A DNA stretch of 64,000 nt from a virus: the IMG/VR virus record IMGVR_UViG_3300049259_000177, positions 32,001 to 96,000 of that record; one strand, written 5' to 3'. The position numbers were made by a program, and so were the translations under genes. This document shows, piece after piece, positions 27,588 to 36,455 of the stretch (the first letter of the stretch is position 1; each line of letters opens with the position of its first letter). The notes under the pieces are model-generated. The model saw only the letters and a program-made list of their open reading frames with translations, did not search any database and was not told the DNA's origin.

Positions 27588-28142
27588 TTAGGTGGCGGCT
27601 GGCTTAGTGTCGCGTCGAGCGAAAGCACTACGCCGGTCCGCCTTCGGCGCCGTCTCCATCGCGCGAACAGCACTCGCTCCCATCTGCTCGGTCGGCAGCG
27701 GGGGGTGCAGGAACACCTGCACGCTGGACAGGTAACGGGGCTGCCCGTTGGGCAGCGGCACCCATCCGAGCGAGCCGTCCGCGCCGATGTTCGTCACGAC
27801 CGGCTCCCCTGGCATGCTCGGTGTCTCCGGCACCCCGGCGACCTCCTGCAACGCGACGAGCAGCAGGCGGCGCAGCGCGGCGGCGCCAGGACGGCCGTCG
27901 AGGTCGCCAACCGCCTCGACCTGCACGATCGGGGACATGAGCCAGCGCAGACCCCGCAGCGACCCGCCGGGGGGGTCGGAAACGATCAGTCGCGGGTAGG
28001 GGACGACGTTACGCAGCCCGATGTGATCGTCGACGTCGTCGTCGGCTGTGAATCCGAGTTCCGTTTTGACCTTGTCGCTACCGCGCAGTCTCGCGACGAC
28101 CACTGCGACGGGGTCGGCCGCCGCGAGGTCGATGTCGGGCAT
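27588..28142 (-). CDS. Tail terminator/completion protein
   Basis: Synteny; size. Confidence 0.6.
   Translation of the reverse strand: MPDIDLAAADPVAVVVARLRGSDKVKTELGFTADDDVDDHIGLRNVVPYPRLIVSDPPGGSLRGLRWLMSPIVQVEAVGDLDGRPGAAALRRLLLVALQEVAGVPETPSMPGEPVVTNIGADGSLGWVPLPNGQPRYLSSVQVFLHPPLPTEQMGASAVRAMETAPKADRRSAFARRDTKPAAT
27604..27618 (-). promoter_or_regulatory. Late-gene motif upstream of major tail gene
   Basis: Exact TCGACGCGACACTAA. Confidence 0.7.
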
Positions 28143-28144
28143 GC

Positions 28145-28471
28145 TCAGGCAGTCGGCTCCGGTACGGGCACGGCGTCACCGGCCATCTCGGAGACGACCT
28201 TCTCGGCCGCTTCCCGGTCGATGCCGAGTGCACCGGCAACAGCGTCCGGGTCCTCCGGGTCGACCTGTGCGTAGCCCGCGTTGATGATCGCGCGCGCCAC
28301 GTGCGGGTACACGTCGATCTCGTCGCCGACCGGATAGTCCTCGTCCCTGGCGTCGAGCCCGAGCCCGGCCTGGTACGTCGGGCCGATCGGGTGCGCCAAC
28401 GTCAGTCGGACCTTGCCCTCCTGGGGCTCGGCAGCCGACCGGCGACGACTTGTTGTCTTCGTAGGTGCCAC
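28145..28471 (-). CDS. Hypothetical protein
   Basis: AGGAGG RBS; variant late motif at 28525. Confidence 0.65.
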   Translation of the reverse strand: MAPTKTTSRRRSAAEPQEGKVRLTLAHPIGPTYQAGLGLDARDEDYPVGDEIDVYPHVARAIINAGYAQVDPEDPDAVAGALGIDREAAEKVVSEMAGDAVPVPEPTA

Positions 28472-28544
28472 GGGTCCTCCTGATCACAGTGCGGTCGAGG
28501 GGCAGCGTAGGGCGGTCAGGGCACTAGCGTCACGTCGACAGTGC

Positions 28545-29297
28545 TTACGCGGCGGCCGTCCCGGCAAACAGGTCAACGACATCACGGACGTTGACCCCGT
28601 CGAAGACCGAGGAGTGGTCTCTGCCCGCGATGACACGCAGTGCCATGTGCGGGTCGTTGACCGCGTTCACGAATGCCTGCGACTGCGCCAGCGGCACGGT
28701 CGTGTCCGCGTCGCCGTGGTAGATGCGGACCGGCGGCAATCCCCGGTAGTTGGCAGGCTCGCCGATCGGGGCGTGACCGACGATCCCCGCCGCCCAACCA
28801 GCCGATCCGCCGTAGTCGGCCTCGATCTCGGGAGCATACGTCGCCTTGCCCACCGACGTGTCGTGGAAGTAGGCGAGATCGGTCGCGGGTGCGAACACAC
28901 ATGCCGCCTTGACCAGTGTCGGGTTGCGCTTCACCCAGTTCAGCGCCGCCAAGCCGCCCATCGACCAGCCGAGCACGCACACCTTCGGGCTCGCGACGTG
29001 GATCGTGTTGAGCAGGTAGTTGTAGGCGGCCGTCAGATCGGTCATCTCTGCGTCGTCAGCCCACGGCGTCGGCCCGCCAGCGTCGATCGACAGCACCGTG
29101 AATCCCGCGAGCGCCAGCGCCAGCGTGAATCCCCCGGACCCGCTACCCGCCGACTGGAACTGCAACGAGGTGCCGCCGTGGCCGTGGACGGCAATCACGC
29201 CGACGCTGCTCCCGTCCCGCTTGGCGCGTTTCGGTTCGGTCAGCACACTCGACTCGCCCGCGCTGTACGCACCGACCGCGTAGGCCGCGACGGTCAT
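28545..29297 (-). CDS. Alpha/beta hydrolase (esterase-like)
   Basis: HGHGG oxyanion region, GWSMGG nucleophile, HGDADTTVP Asp, DH His. Confidence 0.85.
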   Translation of the reverse strand: MTVAAYAVGAYSAGESSVLTEPKRAKRDGSSVGVIAVHGHGGTSLQFQSAGSGSGGFTLALALAGFTVLSIDAGGPTPWADDAEMTDLTAAYNYLLNTIHVASPKVCVLGWSMGGLAALNWVKRNPTLVKAACVFAPATDLAYFHDTSVGKATYAPEIEADYGGSAGWAAGIVGHAPIGEPANYRGLPPVRIYHGDADTTVPLAQSQAFVNAVNDPHMALRVIAGRDHSSVFDGVNVRDVVDLFAGTAAA

Positions 29298-30460
29298 CGC
29301 TCGACCGCCTCGATCATGCTCTCGACGCCCGGCACATCCCGACCGTAACAGCCCATCGCCAGACCAACCTTGTTGGTGAGCATCTGCGCTCTGAAGGTGT
29401 AGTTCTGGCCTTGCACCGGCTGGAACCGCCAGGTCAGGAAGAACGAGCCGTAGTATTGCTGGCCCGACGCGATCGCCGATGCGTTGGTCTTGGTGTCACG
29501 GCTGGTGATAGATGCGTCGGCGTTGACCTCGGCCAACACCGCCGAGAATCGGCTGACCGTACCTGCTACGACCGTACCGAGGCTGATCGCCAGCACCACG
29601 CTCAACTGGATCTTGATGGGACGGACCCCACCGACGACACCGATCTGCAACCCGGGGATGTCGTGCGCGTTCCCATCCGCCGCATTCGCCTGCGACAGCG
29701 AAGTAGCAAGGAACGCGTAGGCCAGTTCCCGTCCACCGGTGTTGTTAACCGCAGTCGTGTTCGCCGCGATTGCTGCCGCGTTCGCCTGCTCCGCCGCTGT
29801 TGCCCGTGCGACTTCGGCTGTCAAGTCCGTGATCAGCGCGCGCAGGTTGATGGCGGCGGTGTTGGCAGCCTCCGCCGCCTGTGCCCGGTTCGTCTCGGCG
29901 GTCAGGTCGGTGATCAGCGCGCGCAGGTTGATGGCGGCCTGCATCGCCGCCGCGCCGGACTCGTCGCCGCGCAGTTGGGCGTCGATCTCGGCGAGCGTGT
30001 CAAGCGCGACGTCCAGGGTTCCGCCGGTCAGCGCCGAAAGTTGCGCGTTGACGTACGCCCGGTCGCCGTGCACGTCCGGTGCACTGACGTGCGCGGCGAG
30101 CACGCTGTCCCCGTGAGCCCGGTCGCCGTGTGGGTCGGCAGCGGTCTCGTGCGCGGTGATACGCGGTCCTGCGACCGGGTCGGTCTCCGCCGTGATGCCA
30201 CCGCCCGGGCCACTACCGCCGAGTGTCGCGGGGTCGACGCCTTCGGCGAGCATTGTGTCGGCGTTCCAGGTCAGCACTTCGCGGTCTTGCAGCGTCGCGT
30301 AGTCGGCGAAGATGTTGCGCGGTCCGGTGACCAGCGGCGTGTCCGCGTCGGCGTACTGCGCGTAGCCAGCGTTGACCAGCCGCCGCGCGTCCTCATCGGC
30401 GACGTCGATGACGTCGCCGACATGATGACCCTGCCACGGACTTGAGAACTTGACCCTCAC
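29294..30460 (-). CDS. Putative virion fibre (neck/head) protein
   Basis: ALDTLAEI and coiled-coil repeats, HxxAxDxHGDRA repeats, beta-rich C-terminus. Confidence 0.6.
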   Translation of the reverse strand: MRVKFSSPWQGHHVGDVIDVADEDARRLVNAGYAQYADADTPLVTGPRNIFADYATLQDREVLTWNADTMLAEGVDPATLGGSGPGGGITAETDPVAGPRITAHETAADPHGDRAHGDSVLAAHVSAPDVHGDRAYVNAQLSALTGGTLDVALDTLAEIDAQLRGDESGAAAMQAAINLRALITDLTAETNRAQAAEAANTAAINLRALITDLTAEVARATAAEQANAAAIAANTTAVNNTGGRELAYAFLATSLSQANAADGNAHDIPGLQIGVVGGVRPIKIQLSVVLAISLGTVVAGTVSRFSAVLAEVNADASITSRDTKTNASAIASGQQYYGSFFLTWRFQPVQGQNYTFRAQMLTNKVGLAMGCYGRDVPGVESMIEAVER

Positions 30461-30996
30461 TGGCTTACCTCCCGCTGACGTGTCTCGACGGCAACAACTT
30501 CGAGCGCGTGGTGCATGAAGTGGGTGCCGACGTCCTCGTCGGTCCCGTACTCACTCTCGGCGGCGCGTGGGAACGTGCAGCGCACGCTGGCCTTCACCGA
30601 CGTGCCCGCGACTGTCGTCGGGCTACGCTCAATGTGTCGGGCGAGTTCGTTGGGCAGCACGACGCTCTCACAGCGACAGTGAATCCGGTTTCCGATCGGC
30701 AGGTCCGGGTCGCCGGGACGGCGGGCGAGGTCGAAGCCAGCACGGATGTCGTTGGCGTCGTTGCCGGTGTTGACCTTTGGGATCTTGTAGCGAAGATTCG
30801 ACGGGACTTCCTGGCCGTCGGCGTAGACATGGCTGGGCCGCACCTTCTCGTCCCGGCGGGTGAGCCACGTCTTCGCGTCCGGGGCACCGCGCTTGGCTTC
30901 GGTCTCGACGCGGACCGTGAGATGGTCGACATAGGGCCGCACGATCTTGGCGGCGACGAGAGTGTCTAGTCCGGCGGTCATCTCGAAGCGACTCAT
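30457..30996 (-). CDS. Tail completion (HK97 gp10-like position) protein carrying an inserted MuF-type motif
   Basis: KTW..RDEKVRPSH..ADGQ...PGDP......IHCRC in the middle; EYGT...HFM C-terminus. Confidence 0.6.
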   Translation of the reverse strand: MSRFEMTAGLDTLVAAKIVRPYVDHLTVRVETEAKRGAPDAKTWLTRRDEKVRPSHVYADGQEVPSNLRYKIPKVNTGNDANDIRAGFDLARRPGDPDLPIGNRIHCRCESVVLPNELARHIERSPTTVAGTSVKASVRCTFPRAAESEYGTDEDVGTHFMHHALEVVAVETRQREVSQ

Positions 30997-31373
30997 GGCG
31001 TCGTGCTCACCCCGACCCGGATCTGCCCTTGGATGCGCACGTAGTTGACGCTGGCGTCCTCGCTGTGCCGGATGTTGTCGGCAGTGCGGATGAACCACTC
31101 GCGGCCAGTGGCGACGTCGACGGGGTTGCCGTCGTCGTCGAGTTGGTACTCGACGACGAGGTCCTTCGGCTTCATCGGCCACAACGCCGGATCGACAGAG
31201 ATGTTGTAGATGCTCTCGCCGCCTTGCAGGTTCGCGCCGCCGCCGGTGACCCGCCCTGGGTAGGCGGGCGTTGGGTCGGCCCAGCCGCCGGGCACGAGGT
31301 CACCGTGACTGTCCGGCGTCAAGTCTTCCTGACGACGTAGCGCGAGCGCTGTGTTCGGCAGCAAAACGCTCAT
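30993..31373 (-). CDS. Head-tail stopper (putative)
   Basis: Synteny, ~126 aa, ATGA coupling. Confidence 0.6.
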   Translation of the reverse strand: MSVLLPNTALALRRQEDLTPDSHGDLVPGGWADPTPAYPGRVTGGGANLQGGESIYNISVDPALWPMKPKDLVVEYQLDDDGNPVDVATGREWFIRTADNIRHSEDASVNYVRIQGQIRVGVSTTP

Positions 31374-32020
31374 AGCCGAATGACCCTGCTGCGGCCGGGG
31401 CGGATGAACACTCGCCGCCCGGCGAGGCGCCACCGGTCGAGGCTCTTGAGCGTGGGGGCGCCGTTGGTCGCCTGTGGGCCTGCTTGTGCGCGGCTACTGG
31501 CGAGGCTCTCGACACCGCCTGGGGTCAGGTACTCGTAGGAGATCGACTGGCCCTCGACGGAGACGCTGCGCACCCGCTGCGCTTTCTTGCCCTGCATCGA
31601 CTGCCACAGCCGCACCACGTCCCCACTGCGCAGCACCGTGTTCTCGATGTAACGCCGGACCGGCAGGTAGATCGGCTGGGTGGCGTCGATGCCCGCGATG
31701 TAGGTGATGGTGTAGCGCCCAGTGGGCTGGCCTGAGATCGGGTCGGCCTCCGGTTCGGCGGAGGTGATCGAGATGACCTTCGACTCGCGCAGGCGCCAAC
31801 CATCGGGATAGGCGATACGGCCGGTCTCGATGAACGTCGTCGGCGTGATCGGGCGCCCCAAGTAGCCCTCGACCTCAGCCTGTGCGTCGTAGATGGCGCC
31901 GGTGATGATTTCGGTGGAAGTGTCGTCAAGCGGCTGGCTAAGGCCGAGTCGGATGGCGATCTTCTCGACCGGGACGACGAGCGGGCACGGTTCCTCGAAG
32001 TCGGCAGCGGGCTGGGTCAT
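31370..32020 (-). CDS. Head-tail adaptor (putative)
   Basis: DAQAEVEGYLGR...YTITYIAG...SVSVEGQSISY pattern. Confidence 0.7.
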   Translation of the reverse strand: MTQPAADFEEPCPLVVPVEKIAIRLGLSQPLDDTSTEIITGAIYDAQAEVEGYLGRPITPTTFIETGRIAYPDGWRLRESKVISITSAEPEADPISGQPTGRYTITYIAGIDATQPIYLPVRRYIENTVLRSGDVVRLWQSMQGKKAQRVRSVSVEGQSISYEYLTPGGVESLASSRAQAGPQATNGAPTLKSLDRWRLAGRRVFIRPGRSRVIRL

Positions 32021-32135
32021 CGCTACCCCCAACCTCCTCCGTTGATGCTTCTGGTGCTTACACCCGGGCCACTACGACGAACAGGCGGGCAGACGAGGCA
32101 TCGTGTGCGTCGTCGACCCGCCTGTCGCGTAGCGG

Positions 32136-32849
32136 TCAGTCCTTGCCGTCCGCGCCGTCGTCCGCCCCGCTGTCGCCCGCGCCGTCGTTCGCCCCGCTGC
32201 CGTCGGCGGCGAGGACAGGTGCCGCGTTGCCACCGGCGCCCATCCGCTCGCGCCCTGCCGCCTCGGTCAGCGGGCTCTGCGCCTCGGCCGTAGCGGCGTG
32301 CACGAATAGGTCGGCCTTGTCGCGCGGCACCCGCGCGTTCGCCGGGAACAGCAGTTGGGTCATCGGCGTGCGTGACCCCTGCTGGACGAACTTCTGGTAG
32401 ACGCGGACCTTCGTCGTGGCGTACGTCGTGGTGCCGTCGCCGAAGTCGAAGACCTCTTCCGGATCGAGGTCGCTGCCTTCCTCGTCAACGAGTCCGAGCA
32501 CGCCCGAACCCGGCAGCGAGCGCTGCCCCGCCGCCGCCGCCACTGGCGAGGTCGACAGGTGCCGCTGCACCGTAACGGGCGGGCGCTTGTCCGAGGTGGG
32601 CGCCGCGAGCGGACTCGCTGGGCTCGGCGCGCGCTTGGTGGCCGCGTCGGTGCGTGGTCCGGTCTCGACGTCGGGACCGTCCGGATGCGCGTACCCGGCA
32701 TCGACGGCGGACGTGCCCTCCGGGGCGTCCGACACGGCGCTCGGCTTGTCGGGCGTCTCGGTCGGCGTCTCGGTCTCGTCTTTCTTCGGCTCCTCGGCCG
32801 CCGCACGCGACGAGCCCTTCGCCTGAGTCTGCTTGCTGGCTGGCGGCAC
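32136..32849 (-). CDS. Low-complexity hypothetical virion protein
   Basis: Late motif at 32911 and GGAGG RBS. Confidence 0.6.
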   Translation of the reverse strand: MPPASKQTQAKGSSRAAAEEPKKDETETPTETPDKPSAVSDAPEGTSAVDAGYAHPDGPDVETGPRTDAATKRAPSPASPLAAPTSDKRPPVTVQRHLSTSPVAAAAGQRSLPGSGVLGLVDEEGSDLDPEEVFDFGDGTTTYATTKVRVYQKFVQQGSRTPMTQLLFPANARVPRDKADLFVHAATAEAQSPLTEAAGRERMGAGGNAAPVLAADGSGANDGAGDSGADDGADGKD

Positions 32850-32910
32850 GGTGTCCCTCCATCGGATCGCGCACGAATGCGGTCACCGAGAGGTTAGAGA
32901 GCCGCCAGGC

Positions 32911-33390
32911 TTAGTGTCGCGTCGAGGAAACCGCGAGCATGTGCTGCGCGTGCCAGGCGAGGATCTCCGCCCGGCTGATCTGCCACGGATCGTTCATCGG
33001 CCACGCGGCGACGACCTCGAACTTGAAGGTCTGGTAGCAGCGCTCGACCTCGGGTCCGAAGCCAGCGTCGCAGTCGATGCACGAGCCGACGGCGTCCGGG
33101 TCGTCGCCGTCACGAGCGGGCCGGAAGCCGTCGCTGGCCTCGTCGGGGAACACCTTGCGGGTGCCCGTGCAGGTCGGGCAGATGGCCCGGTCGCCGAGTG
33201 CGTCGATGAGCAGGCAGCGGGCGAGTTCGCTCGGGCCGGAACCGGCGTAACCCCAGGAAAACCCGGTGGGGCTGTGCTTGACGTGATGGGCGAGCAGGCC
33301 AACCCGGGTCGGCTCGGTGGCCGAGCCGGACCGCACGATCTGCACACGCTCGTGCTCGCCGGGCTCGCCGCGATAGATGGGCTCGTCCAT
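32911..33390 (-). CDS. DUF6166-like protein
   Basis: HSPTGFSWGYAGSGPSELA motif; inserted CxxC pairs. Confidence 0.65.
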   Translation of the reverse strand: MDEPIYRGEPGEHERVQIVRSGSATEPTRVGLLAHHVKHSPTGFSWGYAGSGPSELARCLLIDALGDRAICPTCTGTRKVFPDEASDGFRPARDGDDPDAVGSCIDCDAGFGPEVERCYQTFKFEVVAAWPMNDPWQISRAEILAWHAQHMLAVSSTRH

Positions 33391-33577
33391 GACTCCTCCT
33401 GCTGCGCCCCAGTCGCTCGCCGAGGCTGCGGTACGACGCGCCGCCGGTTGTCCGCCAGATCAACGGGTGATTTGTGAGGCGGTGGAGCCCAGGTATCCCG
33501 GGGCCCGGCGGTCACGTCGTCCGTAACGCAGCGTACGACGCTGCGCCGACACTGCGGCGCGTCATCGTGAAGTCGGG

Positions 33578-34087
33578 TCAGACGTAGGTGTAGCCACCCG
33601 CCAGCGGTGCGCTTGCGCCCGCGTCGGTCGTGACGACGACGGCAACGGCCCCTGCCGCGTGCGCCCCCGTGACGGCCGTGATCTCCGTGTCGGAGACGAC
33701 CTTCACGTTGGTGCAGGCGACGCCGCCGATCGTCACACCGGTCGTGCCGCCGCCGGTGACCGGACCCTGGTCCGACTCCGTGTGGATGCCGGACTGGAAG
33801 CCGGTGCCGGTGATCGTCACCTGCGTGCCACCGGCGGCCGGGCCCGTGTCGGGCGCGAGCGCGGTGACCGTCGGCGCGGCGTACGCAGCGTCGACCTCGG
33901 ACGTGCGAATCACCTGACCGGCGCGCCATTTGAGTTGCTGGCCGCGCTCCCCGGCGCCCCGGAAGGCGACGTCTTCGTAGACGTCCTGGCCGACGGTGAG
34001 CGGCGGGTCGGGGTCGACTGCGGGCGCGAGCAGAGCGTCGACCTGTGCACGGGTCAGGACCGCGCCGGTCTCATCGCGAAGTGCCAT
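33578..34087 (-). CDS. IPT/TIG (Ig-like) domain virion protein, possible capsid decoration
   Basis: PTVTALAPDTGPAAGGTQVTITGTGF; AGGAGG RBS. Confidence 0.8.
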   Translation of the reverse strand: MALRDETGAVLTRAQVDALLAPAVDPDPPLTVGQDVYEDVAFRGAGERGQQLKWRAGQVIRTSEVDAAYAAPTVTALAPDTGPAAGGTQVTITGTGFQSGIHTESDQGPVTGGGTTGVTIGGVACTNVKVVSDTEITAVTGAHAAGAVAVVVTTDAGASAPLAGGYTYV

Positions 34088-34366
34088 CACTGTCCTCCTG
34101 TGGGTGGGACGCCAGCGTCGCACCGTAACGTGCCTAACGTCGACCTGAGGACGCAAGGACCCCGCCAGTTGTCGCCTGACGGGGTCCTGCGGTCGGTGCC
34201 CATGCCCGGCCGACGAGCGGCCGTGCGTCCGAGGTGGCCGGTCCCCGGGATACTGCGCTAGTCCCACTCACCGCGATCGTTCGGCGCCGACCAACCGGGT
34301 GCGCTCTCCCGGTGGGCTATGCAGGAGTCACTCTACGGCCGCGAGAGTCACTCTTGGCGCGTCACG

Positions 34367-34909
34367 TCACACGCAGTTGCACAGCAGGTCCGGCCGGTAC
34401 AGCCGGAGCATCTCCATGGCGAAGGCGACCTTGTCCTCGACGCGCTGCCCGTAGGGCTGGGCTCGGCTCCACAGTTCGAGGTTCTCCGCGCGGTTGTCGC
34501 TCCGGGCACCGTTGCGATGGTGCACGCTTTCCTCTGGCAGCAACGGGCGGCCGAGGGTCTCCTCCATCGCGAGCCGGTGCTGGGCGACGAGGCGGCCGTC
34601 TCGATAGACCCGCACGTAACCGTGAGAGCGAGAGCCGTCACCGTCTGGCCGCTTCGCTCGCAGTGGCCGCTCCCAGTCAGGGTCGCCGTCGACCTTGCGC
34701 TGGTAGTGGCGATTGCACAGGCCCAGGTGGGCGGCGGGCGGCTTGTCGCAGCAATCGAGCGAGCACACCGCGCCCGGCACGCGGGCTACTCGTCGCAGCG
34801 CCGTCAGTGGGCGGCCATTCGACTGCTGCCAGTAGTGCCCGCCGCATAGACCCCTTGCCTTGTGCGGCTGGTTGCAGTCGTCGACCTCGCAGGCCCTCGC
34901 GTCTGTCAC
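34367..34909 (-). CDS. HNH homing endonuclease
   Basis: HRLAME...VHHRNGARSDNRAENLELW; N-terminal C..C...GLC..HY Zn repeats. Confidence 0.9.
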   Translation of the reverse strand: MTDARACEVDDCNQPHKARGLCGGHYWQQSNGRPLTALRRVARVPGAVCSLDCCDKPPAAHLGLCNRHYQRKVDGDPDWERPLRAKRPDGDGSRSHGYVRVYRDGRLVAQHRLAMEETLGRPLLPEESVHHRNGARSDNRAENLELWSRAQPYGQRVEDKVAFAMEMLRLYRPDLLCNCV

Positions 34910-34921
34910 TAGATCAACACG

Positions 34922-34957
34922 ACGAGAGCCCCCGACCCGAAGGTCGGGGGCTCTCGT
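34922..34957 (-). terminator. Terminator hairpin after major capsid gene
   Basis: ACGAGAGCCCCCGACC-CGAA-GGTCGGGGGCTCTCGT, perfect 16-bp stem. Confidence 0.85.
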
Positions 34958-34971
34958 TCAGGCCGGGAGAA

Positions 34972-36279
34972 CTACGCCGCGAGGAAGGAACCGTAGACGA
35001 ACGATTCCGGGCGGGGGACCTCAAGGCCCACCCGCTCCTCACCACGAAGCGTGACAACATTTCGCTCAATGTTATCACGGTTTTCCGTGCTCACGATTAC
35101 GTTGACTTCCTCGCGGTCGTAGACCTTGGCGCCCTGGCCGAAGGCGCCGAGGAGGAAGCGGTCCTGCACGATCGCGGGGGTGTCGATGACCTGCATCCGC
35201 CAGACCCGCTTCTCGCCACCGATGGCGACCGACGTGGCGACGATGTAGTTGCCGTTGAGGTCGGTCTCCAGTTCGATGTCTTCCCAGTCGAACGGGTGCA
35301 GCACGACGCCGGTCGGCACGAACCATGCGAGCATCGCCCGGGTGGCGGCGCGGCGGATGGCGGCGGACTTCTTGTCGGCGGCGACCTGGGCGTAGGTCTG
35401 GATGCCCGGGGTGTTGACGATGCCGGTCATGTTCTCGCCGACGCCGTCGCCGTAGAGGATCTGGTCGTCCTCGGACATCTTGACGCCGTCGATCATGTCC
35501 CGGTCGAGCAGGCCGCGCAGCCGGGGCTCGTCGTCGAGAACGTTCTTGTGCACGTCCATCGTGTGCGCGATGGTGCTGATCGGGTAGGTGACCGTGGTCA
35601 GGGTCACGCTGGACTTCGGCTTGAGGCCGAAGACCGTCACGCCGCCGTCGACCTCGCGCTCCGGCACCGGCCGCGCAGCGTTGATGAAGCCGGTCTCGCG
35701 GATGCCGTAGAGCATCGCGGCGGTGGTCTGCTCGCTCGGGAACAGGTCACGGACGCGGCTCGGGCGAAGCACGCGCTCCTGCAAGTCGAGTTGCTGGGCG
35801 GTGCCGAACGCCTGGATCGTGACGGTGCCCGCCGACAGCGAGTACACGTCCTTGCGGTCGAGGCCGCCGTAGAGCGAGACGCCCGACGACTTGAACTCCG
35901 CGTTGAGCGGCAGCCGGAAGTTCGCCTGCTTCATCTCCGCGTAGACGTCCGAGTCGAGGAAGCGCTGGCCGAGGCCCTTGAAGCCACCACCGAGTCGCTC
36001 GCGCTCGGCGTCGGCCGCGTCGCCGCCGCCGACCGGAGTGCCCGGCTCGCGGCCAAGGAAGTCGCGGATACCCGCCGACTTCTCCAAGGCGACGATCGTG
36101 CCCTGGATCTTCTCGCCTTCGGTGACGAGGTCCTGGAACGCCTTGGCCTCATCGTTGCTGAGGACGAACTTGCCGTCCTCGGTCTTCCATGAGTTGCTCG
36201 CCGCGTCCTGGTCCTCGGCATTGCCCTGCAACGCCTTCGTCAGTTCCGCGATGCGGTCCTTCGTCTCCGTCATGCCCAT
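34972..36279 (-). CDS. Major capsid protein (HK97 fold)
   Basis: Coiled-coil delta domain; ED.QILYGDG.GEN..GI; NVVTLRGEERVGLEV.RPESF. Confidence 0.92.
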   Translation of the reverse strand: MGMTETKDRIAELTKALQGNAEDQDAASNSWKTEDGKFVLSNDEAKAFQDLVTEGEKIQGTIVALEKSAGIRDFLGREPGTPVGGGDAADAERERLGGGFKGLGQRFLDSDVYAEMKQANFRLPLNAEFKSSGVSLYGGLDRKDVYSLSAGTVTIQAFGTAQQLDLQERVLRPSRVRDLFPSEQTTAAMLYGIRETGFINAARPVPEREVDGGVTVFGLKPKSSVTLTTVTYPISTIAHTMDVHKNVLDDEPRLRGLLDRDMIDGVKMSEDDQILYGDGVGENMTGIVNTPGIQTYAQVAADKKSAAIRRAATRAMLAWFVPTGVVLHPFDWEDIELETDLNGNYIVATSVAIGGEKRVWRMQVIDTPAIVQDRFLLGAFGQGAKVYDREEVNVIVSTENRDNIERNVVTLRGEERVGLEVPRPESFVYGSFLAA

Positions 36280-36396
36280 GTGATGCTGCCTCCGTCGTCG
36301 GCGCGCATGTGTGCGCGGTCGGTGTGCGGTGAAATTGCCCCGCCCGGTCAGCACCGGGACGAACGGACTACCAGCAGACGTTAGGTCGACAGGCGC

Positions 36397-36411
36397 TTAG
36401 TGTCGCGCCGA
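36397..36411 (-). promoter_or_regulatory. Late-gene motif upstream of capsid gene
   Basis: TCGGCGCGACACTAA. Confidence 0.65.
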
Positions 36412-36455
36412 GCGACGGCGATTCGTGACGAACCGAAGTTCGACTACTACGACCG

